Source: Octopus sinensis | Taxonomy: Eukaryota | Assembly: GCF_006345805.1 (NCBI RefSeq) | Contig: NW_021836142.1 | Coordinates: 1-64,000 of the forward strand | Direction: 5' to 3' | Length of the DNA stretch: 64,000 nt | Part shown: in pieces, positions 1 to 12,149 of the stretch | Position numbering within the stretch: position 1 is the stretch's first letter | Layout: the number at the start of each line of letters is the position of its first letter | Notes under the pieces: model-generated | The model's database searches: none | What the model saw: the letters and a program-made list of their open reading frames with translations, nothing else | What the model was told of the DNA's origin: nothing | Program-made: the position numbers and the translations under genes

Positions 1-522
1 AAGAAAACATCATGAAATTTCATGAATTGGTCTTGGAGGACCGTTACCAAACAACTGGACTCGTATCTTGGAGCGCCTGCCATCAAAATTTGAGCGAGGA
101 GTTGCGAATGAAAACAGTTGCAGCAAAATTTGTGTCTCGCTTGGTCACGGAAATTTGTGCCTCACTTCCTCACGGAAATTTTAGCCTCGCTTGCTCAAAA
201 GTAGTCAGAACTGAATGCATGTCGTGAACTGAAAGAATACCAGGAAGTCGTCCCAGACCTTTTTACGAAGGTCATCACTTGATGATGAAAGCAGGTGCTA
301 CGGAATTGGTAAATGTGAAAGAGGTGAAGAAAAAAACGACGGAGACTTTAACAGCAATACTTCACAGAAGTTCCAGCACTGCTTCGAACTGTGGAAAATG
401 CATGTGAACCGATGCACTGCTTCAAATGGAGAATATTCTGAAGGCGATAAAAGTGTAAACATGTAAAACTAAGTAAATGAAATAAGATTGCAAAATTCCG
501 GTTTCTTTTGGGTAACCACTCG
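1..522 (+). mobile_element. Right part of an internally deleted mariner element, near-identical to 1342-1863
   Basis: Mariner-like peptide remnants (EELRMKTVAAKFVSRL; FQHCFELWKMHVNRCTASNGEYSEG). Ends in TIR ...gggtaaccactcg followed by TA. Differs from 1342-1863 only by single-base A-run indels. Confidence 0.85.
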
Positions 523-636
523 TATATGTGTGTGTGTGTATGTATGTATGTGTATATATATATATAATGTAAAAATAAATGTATATATATCTATATATAC
601 GTGTATATATATATATACATATATATATATACATTT

Positions 637-898
637 ATGGCTGGTTTCCATGTGCCGGTGGCACGTAAAAAGCACCAACCAATCGTGGCCGTTGCCAGCC
701 TCTTCTGGCTCCTGTGCCGGTGGCACGTAAAAAGCATCCACTACACTCATGGAGTAGTTTGCGTTAGGAAGGGAATCCAGCTGTAGAAACACTGTCAGAT
801 CAGACTGGAGCCTGGTGCAGCCTCCTGGCTTCCCAGACCCCTGTTGAACCGTCCAACCCATGCTAGCATGGAAAACGGACATTAAATGATGATGATGA
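637..898 (+). mobile_element. SINE family C fragment (gtggcacgtaaaaagcac repeats, (GAT)n tail)
   Basis: Matches copies at 19755, 48052, 50272 and 63686. Ends ggacattaaatgatgatgat. Confidence 0.85.
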
Positions 899-936
899 TA
901 TATGCTTGTGTGTGTGTGTCTGTGTGTGTGTATATA

Positions 937-1863
937 CGAGGCGCTAGCCAATAGTAACCAGAAACGTTCTCTGGCACAAGCCCATTATAGTTCAGGCTTC
1001 CGCTGCTGGAATCTACTTGATGCAAACCTCAGGCTTCAGTCTGCCGACCAGCGGCGTTAGGTGAGGTCGTACTACCACGTGGTGCGTCTTTGTTTTGCAG
1101 TGCTTCTCCCTACTTTGTCGACTTTTGCGACGAGTGGAACGAAAGAAAAGCGTGCTTCCGTGAAATTCTGTTTCCTGCTGGGGAAAAAAGGCGGCCAAAA
1201 CAGTTGTCATGCTTCAAACAGCTTACAAGGACGCTGCCATGAGCAAAACACAAATTTACGAGTGGTTTTCATGCTTTAGGAACGGTTACTTGTCACTTGA
1301 AAACCAACCCCGTTCAGGGCGGCCGTCGACCTCCCGTTCAAAAGAAAACATCATGAAATTTCATGAATTGGTCTTGGAGGACCGTTACCAACAACTGGAC
1401 TCGTATCTTGGAGCGCCTGCCATCAAAATTTGAGCGAGGAGTTGCGAATGAAAACAGTTGCAGCAAAATTTGTGTCTCGCTTGGTCACGGAAATTTGTGC
1501 CTCACTTCCTCACGGAAATTTTAGCCTCGCTTGCTCAAAAGTAGTCAGAACTGAATGCATGTCGTGAACTGAAAGAATACCAGGAAGTCGTCCCAGACCT
1601 TTTTACGAAGGTCATCACTTGATGATGAAAGCAGGTGCTACGGAATTGGTAAATGTGAAAGAGGTGAAGAAAAAAACGACGGAGACTTTAAACAGCAATA
1701 CTTCACAGAAGTTCCAGCACTGCTTCGAACTGTGGAAAATGCATGTGAACCGATGCACTGCTTCAAATGGAGAATATTCTGAAGGCGATAAAAGTGTAAA
1801 CATGTAAAACTAAGTAAATGAAATAAGATTGCAAAATTCCGGTTTCTTTTGGGTAACCACTCG
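937..1863 (+). mobile_element. Non-autonomous mariner derivative with degenerate TIRs and TA target-site duplication
   Basis: TA-cgaggcgctagccaatagtaaccag ... ccggtttcttttgggtaaccactcg-TA. N-terminal HTH remnant (RASVKFCFLLGK; MLQTAYKDAAMSKTQIYEWFSCFRNG...PRSGRPSTS). Catalytic core largely deleted; frameshifted. Confidence 0.9.
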
Positions 1864-1887
1864 TATATGTGTGTGTGTGTATGTATG

Positions 1888-1937
<50 letters not shown>

Positions 1938-1938
<1 letters not shown>

Positions 1939-3197
1939 GGGGTCAGTGAATATTGTCGTCTAAAAATGAAAATACCACTGACATCTCATTTTCACAGATT
2001 TATTTATCAAAAATATACAAAAATATCTTGAATTACCAAAGAGAAAATATATTCAACTAGCCTTGAAGCCGCCCTACGGATGGCATTCTGTCTAGCACCT
2101 GTATTCTAAATGTCTCTGGAAAATATTGCCTAATCTCGGTTCACCTTTAAGGCCTTTGGCCCCGCTATCGGGCTGCTTCACGACCCTCTAGCCTCGTGTA
2201 ATGAAACTTATTTCTGTAAATGTGCTAAGCACTGATGCTGATCATAGTTTAATCAACAAGTGTAGGAGTGAGGTAAATGCAGTAAAACGGGTGGGGGGAG
2301 AACAGTGGTGGCCCCATCTCCTTACGATGCTCCCTGGGAGTTCATAGTATGTAATTCATTGCCATTGCTCCGGTTGCTATGCATTGCTATGTATTTAGTT
2401 TAAAATGCAGTAAAAGCAGGGGAGTCAGTGGTGCCCCAATTAGGTGGTCCTTAAAAACATAAACCCTCTTAGGACATTCCCTGGGATTAAGGGAGGTGCT
2501 GGTTTAAGTTTCGTTGTCCTTGTACCAACGGTCTAGGAGGAGTTAACGAACATAAAAACGTAACGGACTGAGAAGCATCACTCAAATATATATATTAAGA
2601 CTAGCTATTTTGACCCGTGCTTCGCTCGGGTTTTGGTGGTGGTGTTGTTTTGTGCGTGTTGTCTCCTTTTCCCTTTCTTCTTTGTTCGTCTTCTTTGCCT
2701 GGTTCTTTTTATTGCCCTTTTCTTTACCTCCCTTTCCAAAATCCCCCAAATTTTTACACCTGCAATTAAAGATAACCGCCTGTAGCCCCTGCAGCAACAT
2801 GAAAAGCCACCATAGACAGCGCAACCTGTCTATCCCATAAAACTCAATTTTTCCCATATTCCTCACCATGGCAACCAAACGATTGCCCCTAGCGACTTGC
2901 AACCCTCCTCATTTGATTTTTGTCACTCTCAGTACATGTCCTCACATTGCGCTGTCCACAAATTGACAGCCAAACACTCTGAAATATTCGTATTGGAGCT
3001 TCAGCGCGAAGTACCAAGCAGTACAGCATGTCGTTTCCAAATTTCTGGCAGAATGAATTGCGTCGTGGTGCTGTTTTTCTCACAGACGATACCCAACTGA
3101 CCCTACTATACTGTGTAGTCGACAAAATCAAAAACAAACAATGCGCACGCGTGAAATTAAACATATAAAATGGTGACAGTTTACCCACCGCACCCTG
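1938..3197 (-). mobile_element. Tc1/maT-like element shell (two degenerate TIR ends) enclosing Helentron-like sequence
   Basis: Right end reads cagggtgcggtgggtaaactgtcacc on the minus strand; left end cgggggtcagtgaatattgtcgtc. Both abut TA microsatellites. The interior (about 2095-2915) is unrelated. Confidence 0.5.
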
Positions 3198-3448
3198 TGT
3201 ATATATGCGTGCGTGTGTATACATACATATATATATATGTGTGTGTGTATATGTAAAAAAAACACAAACTGGGACAAGAACGCAAAACATTTAGAAGACG
3301 ATACAAAAAACACGGACGGGACATTCAATCTTCAGTCAAGAACCGGATCATCCTCGCAATTTCGGCTGATTAATCTTGACTTCTTAGATTGCTCCGACCT
3401 GGCCAGCCCCAAAGGAAAATCTAAGCCAAGCGCATTAGATTCCTTGGA

Positions 3449-3502
<54 letters not shown>

Positions 3503-3928
3503 ACACATATATAAATATTGTTTAAAATAGTTAGTTTTGCCGGCCTGTAACAGAAGCCCTTGTCTTTTGGGCTTTAGATTCATTAATCTAAACATAACCT
3601 GTCAGAATTCATCAGATTGAACAGCCATCCAGTAATATGTATATATGCTCATGAAACTAGTGGTTTGTTCATGTTTTATTCAGATGAGGTATGAAAGACA
3701 TAAGTGACCTTTATTTCCACAAATTTGAAATTGGCGGAAGCAGGCTAATGGAAGCAGCTTGAGAAATCGACAACAAAGCAATATGCTATGATGCATAGCA
3801 AATACATAGTGTATGATTTTTTTTTTAATGCATGGATACAAACAAATTAAATGGTACTGGATGTCTCTCTCTAGTTACTTTGTCATCTTCTGCATGCTCA
3901 TTTTATGTTAGTTCCCACTGGATATATT

Positions 3929-4510
3929 CTTTTCTACTCTTGGCACAAGGCTCGAAGATTTTGGAGAGGGACCAGTCAATTAGATCGATCCCAGGACGAA
4001 ACTGGTACTTAATTAATCGACCCCGAAAGGATGAAAGGCAAAGTCGACCTCTGCGGAATATGAACTCAGAACACGAAGACAGACGAAATACCGCTAAGCA
4101 TTTCGCCCGACGTGCTAACGTTTCTTATTTCTTTATTGCCCACAAGGGGCTAAACATAGAGGGGACAAACAAGGATAGACAAACGAATTAAGTCGAATAC
4201 ATCGACCCCCCCAATGCGTAACTGAAAGGTAAAGTCAACCTCGGTGAAATTTGAACTCAGAACGTAACGGCAGTCGAAATACCTATTTCTTTACTACCCA
4301 CAAGGTGCTAAACACAGAGGGGACAAATAAGGACAAACAAACGGATTAAGTCGATTATATCGACTCCGGTGCGTAACTGGTACTTATTTAAACGACCCCG
4401 AAAAGGATGAAAGGCAAAGTTGGTGAAATTGGAACTCAGAACGCAGCGGCGGACGAAATACCGCAAAGCATTTCGCCCGGCGTGCTAACGTTTCTGCCAG
4501 CTCGCCCCGT
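3929..4510 (-). mobile_element. Trimeric SINE family B element with 17-bp TSD
   Basis: Three tandem monomers carrying gttctgagttcaaattccgccgaggtcgactttgcctttcatcctttcggggtcgat (resembles the Deu/Nin SINE domain). Flanked by ttcccactggatatatt (3912-3928) and ttccaactggatatatt (4511-4527). Confidence 0.85.
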
Positions 4511-4683
4511 TTCCAACTGGATATATTGCGGGCGAATAAGAGAGTTGGTCTGTTGTGCAGGCAGCTATTTCACATTAAAGATTTTAAAAAACTTGCGCTA
4601 GTCCGCTTCCGGTATTTAATAGGTAAGACTGCATAGCATACGATTAATAGACTTCTAAGTGAATGTTGAATAATTTCATATTT

Positions 4684-5181
4684 TTTTACTCTTTTTTACT
4701 TGTTTGACTGCGACCATGCTGGAGCACCGCCTTTAGTCGAGCAAATCGACCCCAGGACTTATTGCCCTAAAGGAGAAACAGATTCTATAAATATTCGTTA
4801 TAATGTTGCTATTTACGATTCTCGTAATCTTATAGAGCAAGAAATTGAGTTATTGGAAGTAGTAAGAAAGTCATAGATTGTACATATTCTAGTACATATT
4901 CTATCGGTTCTTTTTTGCCGAACCGCTAGGTTACGGGAACGTAAACACACCAGCATCGGTTGTCAAGCGATGTTGGGGGACAAACACAGACACACAAACA
5001 TATCTATACATATAGATATATACGACGGGCTTCCTTCAGTTTCCATCTACCAAATCCACTAACAAAGCTTTGGTCGGCCCGAGGCTATAGTAGAAAACAC
5101 TTCCCCAAGGTGCCACGCGGTGGGACTGAACCCGGAACCATGTGGTTGGTAAGCAAGCTACTTACCACACAGCCACTCCTG
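4684..5181 (-). mobile_element. SINE family A copy interrupted by a 122-bp templated insertion
   Basis: tRNA-like head (tggctgtgtggtaag...gggttcagtccc), internal (TA/TG)n and (GAGTAAAA)n tail. 4761-4882 is foreign to the family consensus. Confidence 0.9.
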
Positions 5182-5344
5182 TGGTGGCCAAGTTATTTTG
5201 CCCATCAGTGACAGTGAAATACTGTTACTTATAATAGATTCGGGTGCACTGATGCAGTAGTAAAGGCAGAAGTTACTGTTTTCTGGTCCATGCATAGATG
5301 CAACCCATTTTTAACTACTGTACGTTCCAAGTCCATTGTCTTCG

Positions 5345-5607
5345 ATCATTTTTTCACGCTGAGAGTTGCTGAAGCATGGAACAAACTACCGGCATCAGTT
5401 GTTAGTTGTCGGAGCACTGCATCCTTCAAAACTTCCATGCTTTCTGACATTCGCCAACACTACACCTGATTTTCTCCCCTCTATACACACACAAGCATGT
5501 ACCTGACTCATGCATTGTTCGCTTTCCAGACATTTGTACATTACTGCATATGCTTTATATGCACTTTTGACAAGTTGTGGTGCACCTGAGCACTGTATAC
5601 AATAATT

Positions 5608-5645
<38 letters not shown>
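5345..5645 (+). mobile_element. 5'-truncated CR1-clade LINE 3' end
   Basis: Translates HFFTLRVAEAWNKLPASVVSCRSTASFKTSML* (typical CR1 ORF2 C-terminus FFxxRVxxxWNxLP), then a 3'UTR and (ATT)n tail. Confidence 0.85.
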
Positions 5646-5646
<1 letters not shown>

Positions 5647-5748
5647 GAACGATCTTTTTCTTTTGGTTTATTTTCTTCTTTGCTGATTTTTATGTATTTA
5701 TGCCTATATGTGGAATTCATTTCTGCTTGTATGTATACTTAATGTATA

Positions 5749-6160
5749 GGCGCAGGAGTGGCTGTGTGGTAAGTAGCTTGCCTACCAACCACATGGTTCT
5801 GGGTTCAGTCGCACTGCGTGGCATCTTGGGCAAGTGTCTTCTGCTATAGCCCCGGGCCGACCAATGCCTTGTGAGTGGAATTGGTAGACGGAAACTGAAA
5901 GAAGCCTGTCGTATATATGTATATATATATGCGTGTGTGTGTTTGTGTGAGTGTGTTTGTCCCCCTAGCATTGCTTGACAACCGATGCTGGTGTGTTTAC
6001 GTCCCGTCACTTAGCGGTTCGGCAAAAGAGACCGATAGAATAAGTACTGGGCTTACAAAAGAATAAGTCCCGTGGTCGATTTGCTCGACAAAAGGCGGTG
6101 CTCCAGCATGGCCGCAGTCAAATGACTGAAACAAGTAAAAGAGTAAAAAGAGTAAAGAGT
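5749..6160 (+). mobile_element. SINE family A, full length
   Basis: ggcgcaggagtggctgtgtggtaag head with pol III A/B-box-like motifs; tail gaaacaagtaaaagagtaaaagag. CpGs largely intact. Confidence 0.9.
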
Positions 6161-6359
6161 AATGTAGGCGTTTGCGCGCGCGCACGTGTGTATGTGTGTG
6201 TGTGTGTTTGTGTACGTGGGCGTGCGCGCGTGTATGTGAAAATCATGTTGGAAACATCAGAATCAACATCGAAAAAGGTGTTGTGTCCATCACATCGTTA
6301 ACGATTTCGGCATACATCAATATCCATCTATCCATCTATTTATCTCTTTCTCTTTTCTA

Positions 6360-6409
6360 CCTCTCTCTCTATATATGTGCGTGTATATATGTATATACAT
6401 ATATATATA

Positions 6410-6452
<43 letters not shown>

Positions 6453-6530
6453 TTATATGTGTGTGTGTATGTATATATATATATATTATATATATATATA
6501 TATATAATATATATATATATATGTATATAT
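6360..6530. repeat. (AT)/(GT) compound microsatellite
   Basis: Seen directly in the sequence. Confidence 0.95.
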
Positions 6531-7328
6531 AATGGTTTGGTGATACAGCTGTAAAGCTTGTATGTGTATGATGTCTCTACACATACAAGCTTATATATAT
6601 ATATATATGTAGCAAAATAAAAATAATCAGGAAGGAAGAAAAGTGTTCTTAATTAACAGCAGCCTAAGACAAATGAAATATTTCTGTAATGATCTCATAA
6701 GTCCACGTCCTGTCGTAGTCGACGGGGATCGGAATTCCTTAGATCAACATCCGAGAACGATAGCGTAAACAGATTTCAAGGTAGATAGCTACAGTAATCA
6801 CAAGTAACCATATCACGGTGCTTCTACTTTTGACTATAATATTCGCAATAATTATAATAGTATTAATCATCAATCATTGTTGATAGAACTAGCTATAGTG
6901 GACGTCACAGCGTTAATTGCCCTAAAGGAGAAACAGATTCTATAAATATTCGTTATAATGTTGCTATTTACGATTCTCGTAATCTTATAGAGCAAGAAAT
7001 TGAGTTATTGGAAGTAGTAAGAAAGTCATAGATTGTAGTATTGTATGAACTGAAGTGTGTCCCGGTGATGTAAGTCCTGTGTGTGTTTATGGAAACCAGA
7101 GGTAAATAAAATAATGATGTAAAAGCTGAATTATAGTTATGAGGAATAAGATAAAGGAGATGGTGAGAGAGAATCTAAGGATGTTGTAACCCCCAGATTA
7201 CAGGAGATGTATTTACGGCTGCACCACAAAGTTGTTTGTATCGGTCATGTTGAATGTATAGATTAAGATGAGTATATTACAATAGCCGAGGCAGATAGTG
7301 GTTAGAAGCATGTAGAAGATGGAATATA

Positions 7329-7725
7329 ATCTCTATATATGTAAAGCTGAAGTTGTCTGTCTATGGCAGGTTTGGTAGCCTTCAACTAACACTATCTCCT
7401 CTGAGACCCTGCGGCGCAAGTTGACCAAAAGTGGGAGTATGATAGAAGAGGGCTTGCTCTTCCTTCTGTAGAAGGAAAAATTCAAATCGGACCATGTTAA
7501 CACCAAAAATTAATTACATAAAAAAAGTGCTTTTTTTTTCTATGAAAATCCCTATTTTTTACGATTTTTTTTAATGCTGTGTTGCCATTTTTCGGTGTAT
7601 TTCAACCAGAAAAATGTTCACCTAAAGAGAATAACAAGCTACATAATGCAAAAATTTTACTTTTCAAAGATTCCAATTCTAAAGGGTCGAAACAAACCCG
7701 AGCAACGCCAGGCGATACTGCTAGT
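7329..7725 (-). mobile_element. Helentron-like non-autonomous element (HINE type)
   Basis: Minus-strand start actagcagtatcgcctggcgttgctcgggtttg (subterminal hairpin); end acagacaacttcagctttacatatatagagat. Same termini as 11843 and 47653. Confidence 0.7.
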
Positions 7726-8239
7726 ATAGTATAATATTGTAGCGTACCCGTCGTGCCTGCTTGGATTATTTCAGGGCTAAACATTAAAGGTCTAGAAAGT
7801 ACGAAGCGAGCAGCCACGATGCATGCGCAAAACACAACAGCCCTTAACGGAAGTCGTGAAAGGCATATAAGGACTTTTCCTCGTTTTTTTTTCCCCTCTT
7901 TGGGCAGTCAAGTTTGCCAACTGCCCACAGCTAGGACTGCTAGCTCTCTTTCTTTGCTTCAGTGCACTAAACGTGGTGTTGCGATGCCTCCTCACTGTAG
8001 GTACCATCTGACGATATATTCGTTCGATGTTTTTGTTTGAACTGTACATGCCATAACATCTTGCAACGCATTTCCAACAAAATAAAAATTGTTATATATA
8101 GTGAGTATTTATTTTTCATTTACACGCAGCCCACACCTAAACAACACATCGCCAACCTATCAATGGAAACACACTAAATCAATGGAAACTCACTAAAATA
8201 AAAAGCAAGGAGGTAACATAAATATTGCATGTATATATA

Positions 8240-9060
8240 CTTTTCACGTCCATAAGGTATGATGTTCCAAATGGTCTTAGAGAACCATTTAAAAAGATAT
8301 TTAGAAGATTTCGAGGGGTAGTATGAAAGATCCGTGACATAGAATGGTTTCTGGCCACTCTATGCGGTAGCTAAACTGACCGCTCCTTTCCGTAAACGTA
8401 ACATATGTTCATACGCTGCAGCAAACACATGTCTATAAAGTAGCTACTTTGTCCACATTCCAAGCTGTCACTATTCGTCATATTGCTAAAATTTTGCTAT
8501 ATTATTACAGTTATTATTACTATTGCTATTCAGTTTAGCCAGATTGGATTAAGTGATATTTAAAGCTTTATTGGGTAAGAATTAGGTAAAAGTTATGCTG
8601 TGTTGCGATTGAAGATATTAAGCCATCTTTGCTGGAGAGAGAGGAGCACTTGGCAAGAAGAATACTTTTGCAATTGAAGTAATGACTTCTGATTTATGCA
8701 GCAAATTATACATTACTTTTCTACGCCTAATTCTGTTGGTGTTAATGCGTCTCCGAATAATATTCAGTCAATACGACATGCTTTCGATGATGACATTTCG
8801 TCTGTGTGCTTTGTTACAATATGGATCTGTGTTCGTTTCCAATTTGCTCTCTGATAAACATATTGGTGATTCAACGTAATATTTTTTCCCCCAGATATTT
8901 GGTTTCAGATCTTGGATGGTTCGATTGTTTGTCAATGTAATAGAGTAACTCATGTAGTCTTGCGGTCTGTGTTGAAATCTGTCCCCGTATTTTTTTTGAA
9001 TTTGATACTTTTAGTTACTGAGAAGAGTTTGTCTTGAATAGTAAAAATCAAATACTGTAC
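8240..9060 (-). mobile_element. Decayed Penelope-like retroelement (RT thumb/linker toward GIY-YIG)
   Basis: Frameshifted minus-strand peptides YYIDKQSNHPRSETKYLGEKILR*ITNM, RRRKVMYNLLHKSEVITSIAKVF and NIFNRNT resemble PLE motifs YIxxxSNHP, RxRxIxWFNPP and KIFNRNT. Confidence 0.7.
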
Positions 9061-9629
9061 GGTGGTCTCAAATTCACATTTCTCATATTCATTTTGATTT
9101 TTATCTGGTTAGCAACGTCTATCGTAAAGTATTCGCTGGAATTTTGCCCACATGATCAACGAATCTAACCAATTGCCACTTCGTTTGGAAAGAATGTTGC
9201 CCACGCGATCAACAAAATCTAGCCAATCACAATTTCCCAGTGAAAACATCAATTTTTGGCGCGTTGCTTTCTGAATCCATCAATAAGTATGAAATGACAA
9301 ACATTTGTTCAACACCCAAATAGCTTTGAAACGTAATGTATCAGAGAGAGTGTGAGACGATACAGCAGACGACACGGCGAAGAGACACGGGAAGCAGCTG
9401 AACCAATCAACATAATGAACTACCCACAGAAACACAATGACTAGCAGTAACTTTTCGAATATTATTTCAGGTGCACCAAGTACAATAACATCCAAACTCT
9501 CAACGAAAAATAAAGATTGTTCGTCAAAGCCTCAACAGATTTCGTTGTTTTCTTCTATGTACAACTGTTGATCTCCGACGCTAGAAATAACAGCCAGCAT
9601 TCGCTTAAGTACAAGTTATAGTCTATGGA

Positions 9630-9768
9630 TTCAAATTCCGCCGAGGTCGACTTTGCCTTTCATCCTTTTGGGGTCGATAAATTAAGTACCAGTTACGCAC
9701 TGGGATCGATGTAATCGACTTAATCCGTTTGTCTGTCCTTGTTTAGCCCCTTGTGGGTAGTAAAGAAT
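9630..9768 (+). mobile_element. SINE family B fragment
   Basis: ttcaaattccgccgaggtcgactttgcc...gccccttgtgggtagtaaagaa. Confidence 0.85.
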
Positions 9769-9967
9769 TATATACTAGTTATCGGCAACCAGCTTTAGTA
9801 CAAGTCTTATCGACCTCTGCCAAACACAAGAATGTCCCGCAATTACGCAACTTTCATAAATGTATAATTTTTCTGCAACAATGCTCTGAGATGGTTTCTT
9901 ATTGACTGATGCTGCAATGGTTTTCCTCAAATGGTCAATTGTTGTAGTTCTTATTGTGAAAGGGCTT

Positions 9968-10129
9968 GGCAGGAGTGGCTGTGTGGTAAGTAGCTTGCTA
10001 ACCAACCACATGGTTCCGGGTTCAGTCCCACTGCGTGGCATCTTGGGCAAGTGTCTTCTGCTATAGCCCCGGGCGACCAATGCCTTGTGAGTGGATTTGG
10101 TAGACGGAAACTGAAAGAAGCCTGTTGTA

Positions 10130-10170
<41 letters not shown>

Positions 10171-10377
10171 CTGCGTTGTCCCCCTAGCATTGCTTGACAA
10201 CCGATGCTGGTGTATTTACGTCCCCGTTACCTAGCGGTTCGGCAAAAGAGACCGATAGAATAAGTACTGGGCTTACAAAGAATAAATCCCGGGGTCGATT
10301 TGCTCGACTAAAGGCGGTGCTTCAGCATGGCCGCAGTCAAATGACTGAAACAAGTAAAAGAGTAAAGAGTAAGAGAG
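9968..10377 (+). mobile_element. SINE family A, full length
   Basis: Near-identical to 5749-6160. Confidence 0.9.
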
Positions 10378-10744
10378 TGCTATCTATGGGAGTTTATATT
10401 CCGTTTATGCTCAAAACCCGAAAAACATTCAATTTAGTACTCAAAGCATGATAAAGAGCAGAGTTTATATTTTCATTTGAATATCAAGTTCTACGGATCA
10501 GTTGCCCGTTTCAGCTAATTTTGTATTTATAAGGAAAGATCACTTATATTCAAGCGGAATATTTAAGACAGAAACAAAACACATTAGAAAATACATATAT
10601 AAAAACAAGCGCTAGATACACTCTATAGAAAACTTAAATCAAAATGTTCTGGTTGCCAGATCTCTAGCGATTTCGAAATACATTGAAATAAGATATGCAT
10701 AAGTAAGAAAAGGGAGAGAGAGAGAAAAAATTAGGCCATTTTTC

Positions 10745-11840
10745 TTCAGTTTCAGCCTCGCAGGGTCGGTTTCTTGCTATTTGTTGCAGTCCTGCGTTAT
10801 CACCTTTGTCAGGTTTTATTTCTTAGAACACACCCTCACTACATCTTCTCTTCCCAGGTCTTCCTCTCTTGCAGGTTCCGTCCACTTAGAGTCACATACT
10901 TCATACTACTTTCCATGCCTCTTTCTTTCCGGAGTCAGTCAGGGCAAATGTGTCGTTACTTACTCCTCAACGACGTCTCGGTTTCATCTTGTATACAGTC
11001 TTTACGCCCCTGATTATCACGACGCAGAATATGCAACATCCTCTTACTTTCACCCTCTCCACTTTCTATGTCTGTAAATCTCTAGCTTGTCATCAGTTTT
11101 CTTGATATTGCACTTTGTTGCTCACTTCTTTCAACTTTTGTCATGCCTACCTCTTATCGGATCTTTTCGGTTTGAACGGCAGTTTTTTCTAGCGGTGTCA
11201 TATGAAATTGTCACCTATAATTATGACCCTAGTATCGATCTATTGCATTTCAATCTGTTTTAGGGTTAGCAGGGGGGGGGGTATATTTTTTTCTTCAGAA
11301 ATGTAAATAAACCCAATCTGTTTCTTAAACGAGGGACATATTCATACGGCACAGAATGTTTTTTTTTTACCTCAATAGACGTCATTGAAATTTCAGAAAT
11401 TGAAGAAAAAACAACAAATATCTTACAAACTATAGAATTTTTTCGATAAAGCCAAGAGAAAAAGATGTTTTCTAAATACATTCTACCAGTATACAAAGTT
11501 TAAAAGTGTTTAGTTATGTGGAAATTATTTTTAAAAACTGCCGTTCAAACCGAAAAGATCCCTCTTATATGTTATGGGCTTGTCTATAATAATTATTTCA
11601 CCACAATGTTACCTTCTATTTAGTCGTAACCTGGTTCCAACACTACTTTTAGTTTGTGACTCGTCTGTCTACGTGAATCAAGGTTTCTACTCAATGGTGA
11701 TTCTTATTAATGGTCACAGTTGATGTTCTACTGTGTTTCTTCAATAGAGCCGTCTCCATAAACAACGTGTTTCCTTCTGTGAACGTTGGACAGCTTTCTC
11801 CTTTTTACGCTGCTTCAGCTAAGAACCTTTTCTTTATAGG
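10745..11840 (-). mobile_element. Old RTE-clade LINE 3' fragment, interrupted by a MITE
   Basis: Minus strand gives KVDGTCKRGRPGKR, resembling the RTE C-terminal GxRxRGRP motif. Heavily degenerate. Confidence 0.5.
11159..11561 (+). mobile_element. Merlin-like MITE
   Basis: TIR ggatcttttcggtttgaacggcagttttt at both ends; 8-bp flanks ctcttatc/ctcttata. 5'-GG termini with an 8-bp TSD fit the Merlin superfamily. Confidence 0.8.
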
Positions 11841-11842
11841 CA

Positions 11843-12149
11843 ACTAGCAGTATCGCCCGGCGTTGCTCGGGTTTGTAAGGGAAATAACTATATAAGCATT
11901 TTAGAGAGTTACTCCCTTATATAACCTGAGCAAAAATCATTAAAAATGCGGAAAAATGATGGTAAATTTTTGTTTTAATCGTAGACTCATCGTAGACGCG
12001 CGCTAATACCCAGAAGGGCTCGATATGAATGACGACTATAAGATACCCGTTTTTGGTTAAATTGCACCGCAAAATGTGGGAGTAGCTAGGAATCTAAATC
12101 GGAGGAGACAGAGTCTCACACATACAACTTCAATTTTATATATAAAGAT
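11843..12149 (+). mobile_element. Helentron-like non-autonomous element
   Basis: actagcagtatcgcccggcgttgctcgggtttg start; acaacttcaattttatatataaagat end; no TSD. Confidence 0.7.

Noticed and set aside
3255-3450. Hammerhead in a PLE-like repeat fragment on the minus strand (ctgaaga, cgaaattgc)
   Set aside because: The core motifs are in the wrong order or lack stem II in this copy, so I cannot support it.
3692-3701. miR-71-like tgaaagacat (also miR-1-like tggaatgtaa at 12791-12800)
   Set aside because: Only 10-nt matches; the 3' halves diverge and I see no convincing precursor hairpin.
5749-5820. tRNA genes at SINE heads
   Set aside because: A/B-box-like motifs are present, but there is no complete cloverleaf and they always continue into SINE bodies.
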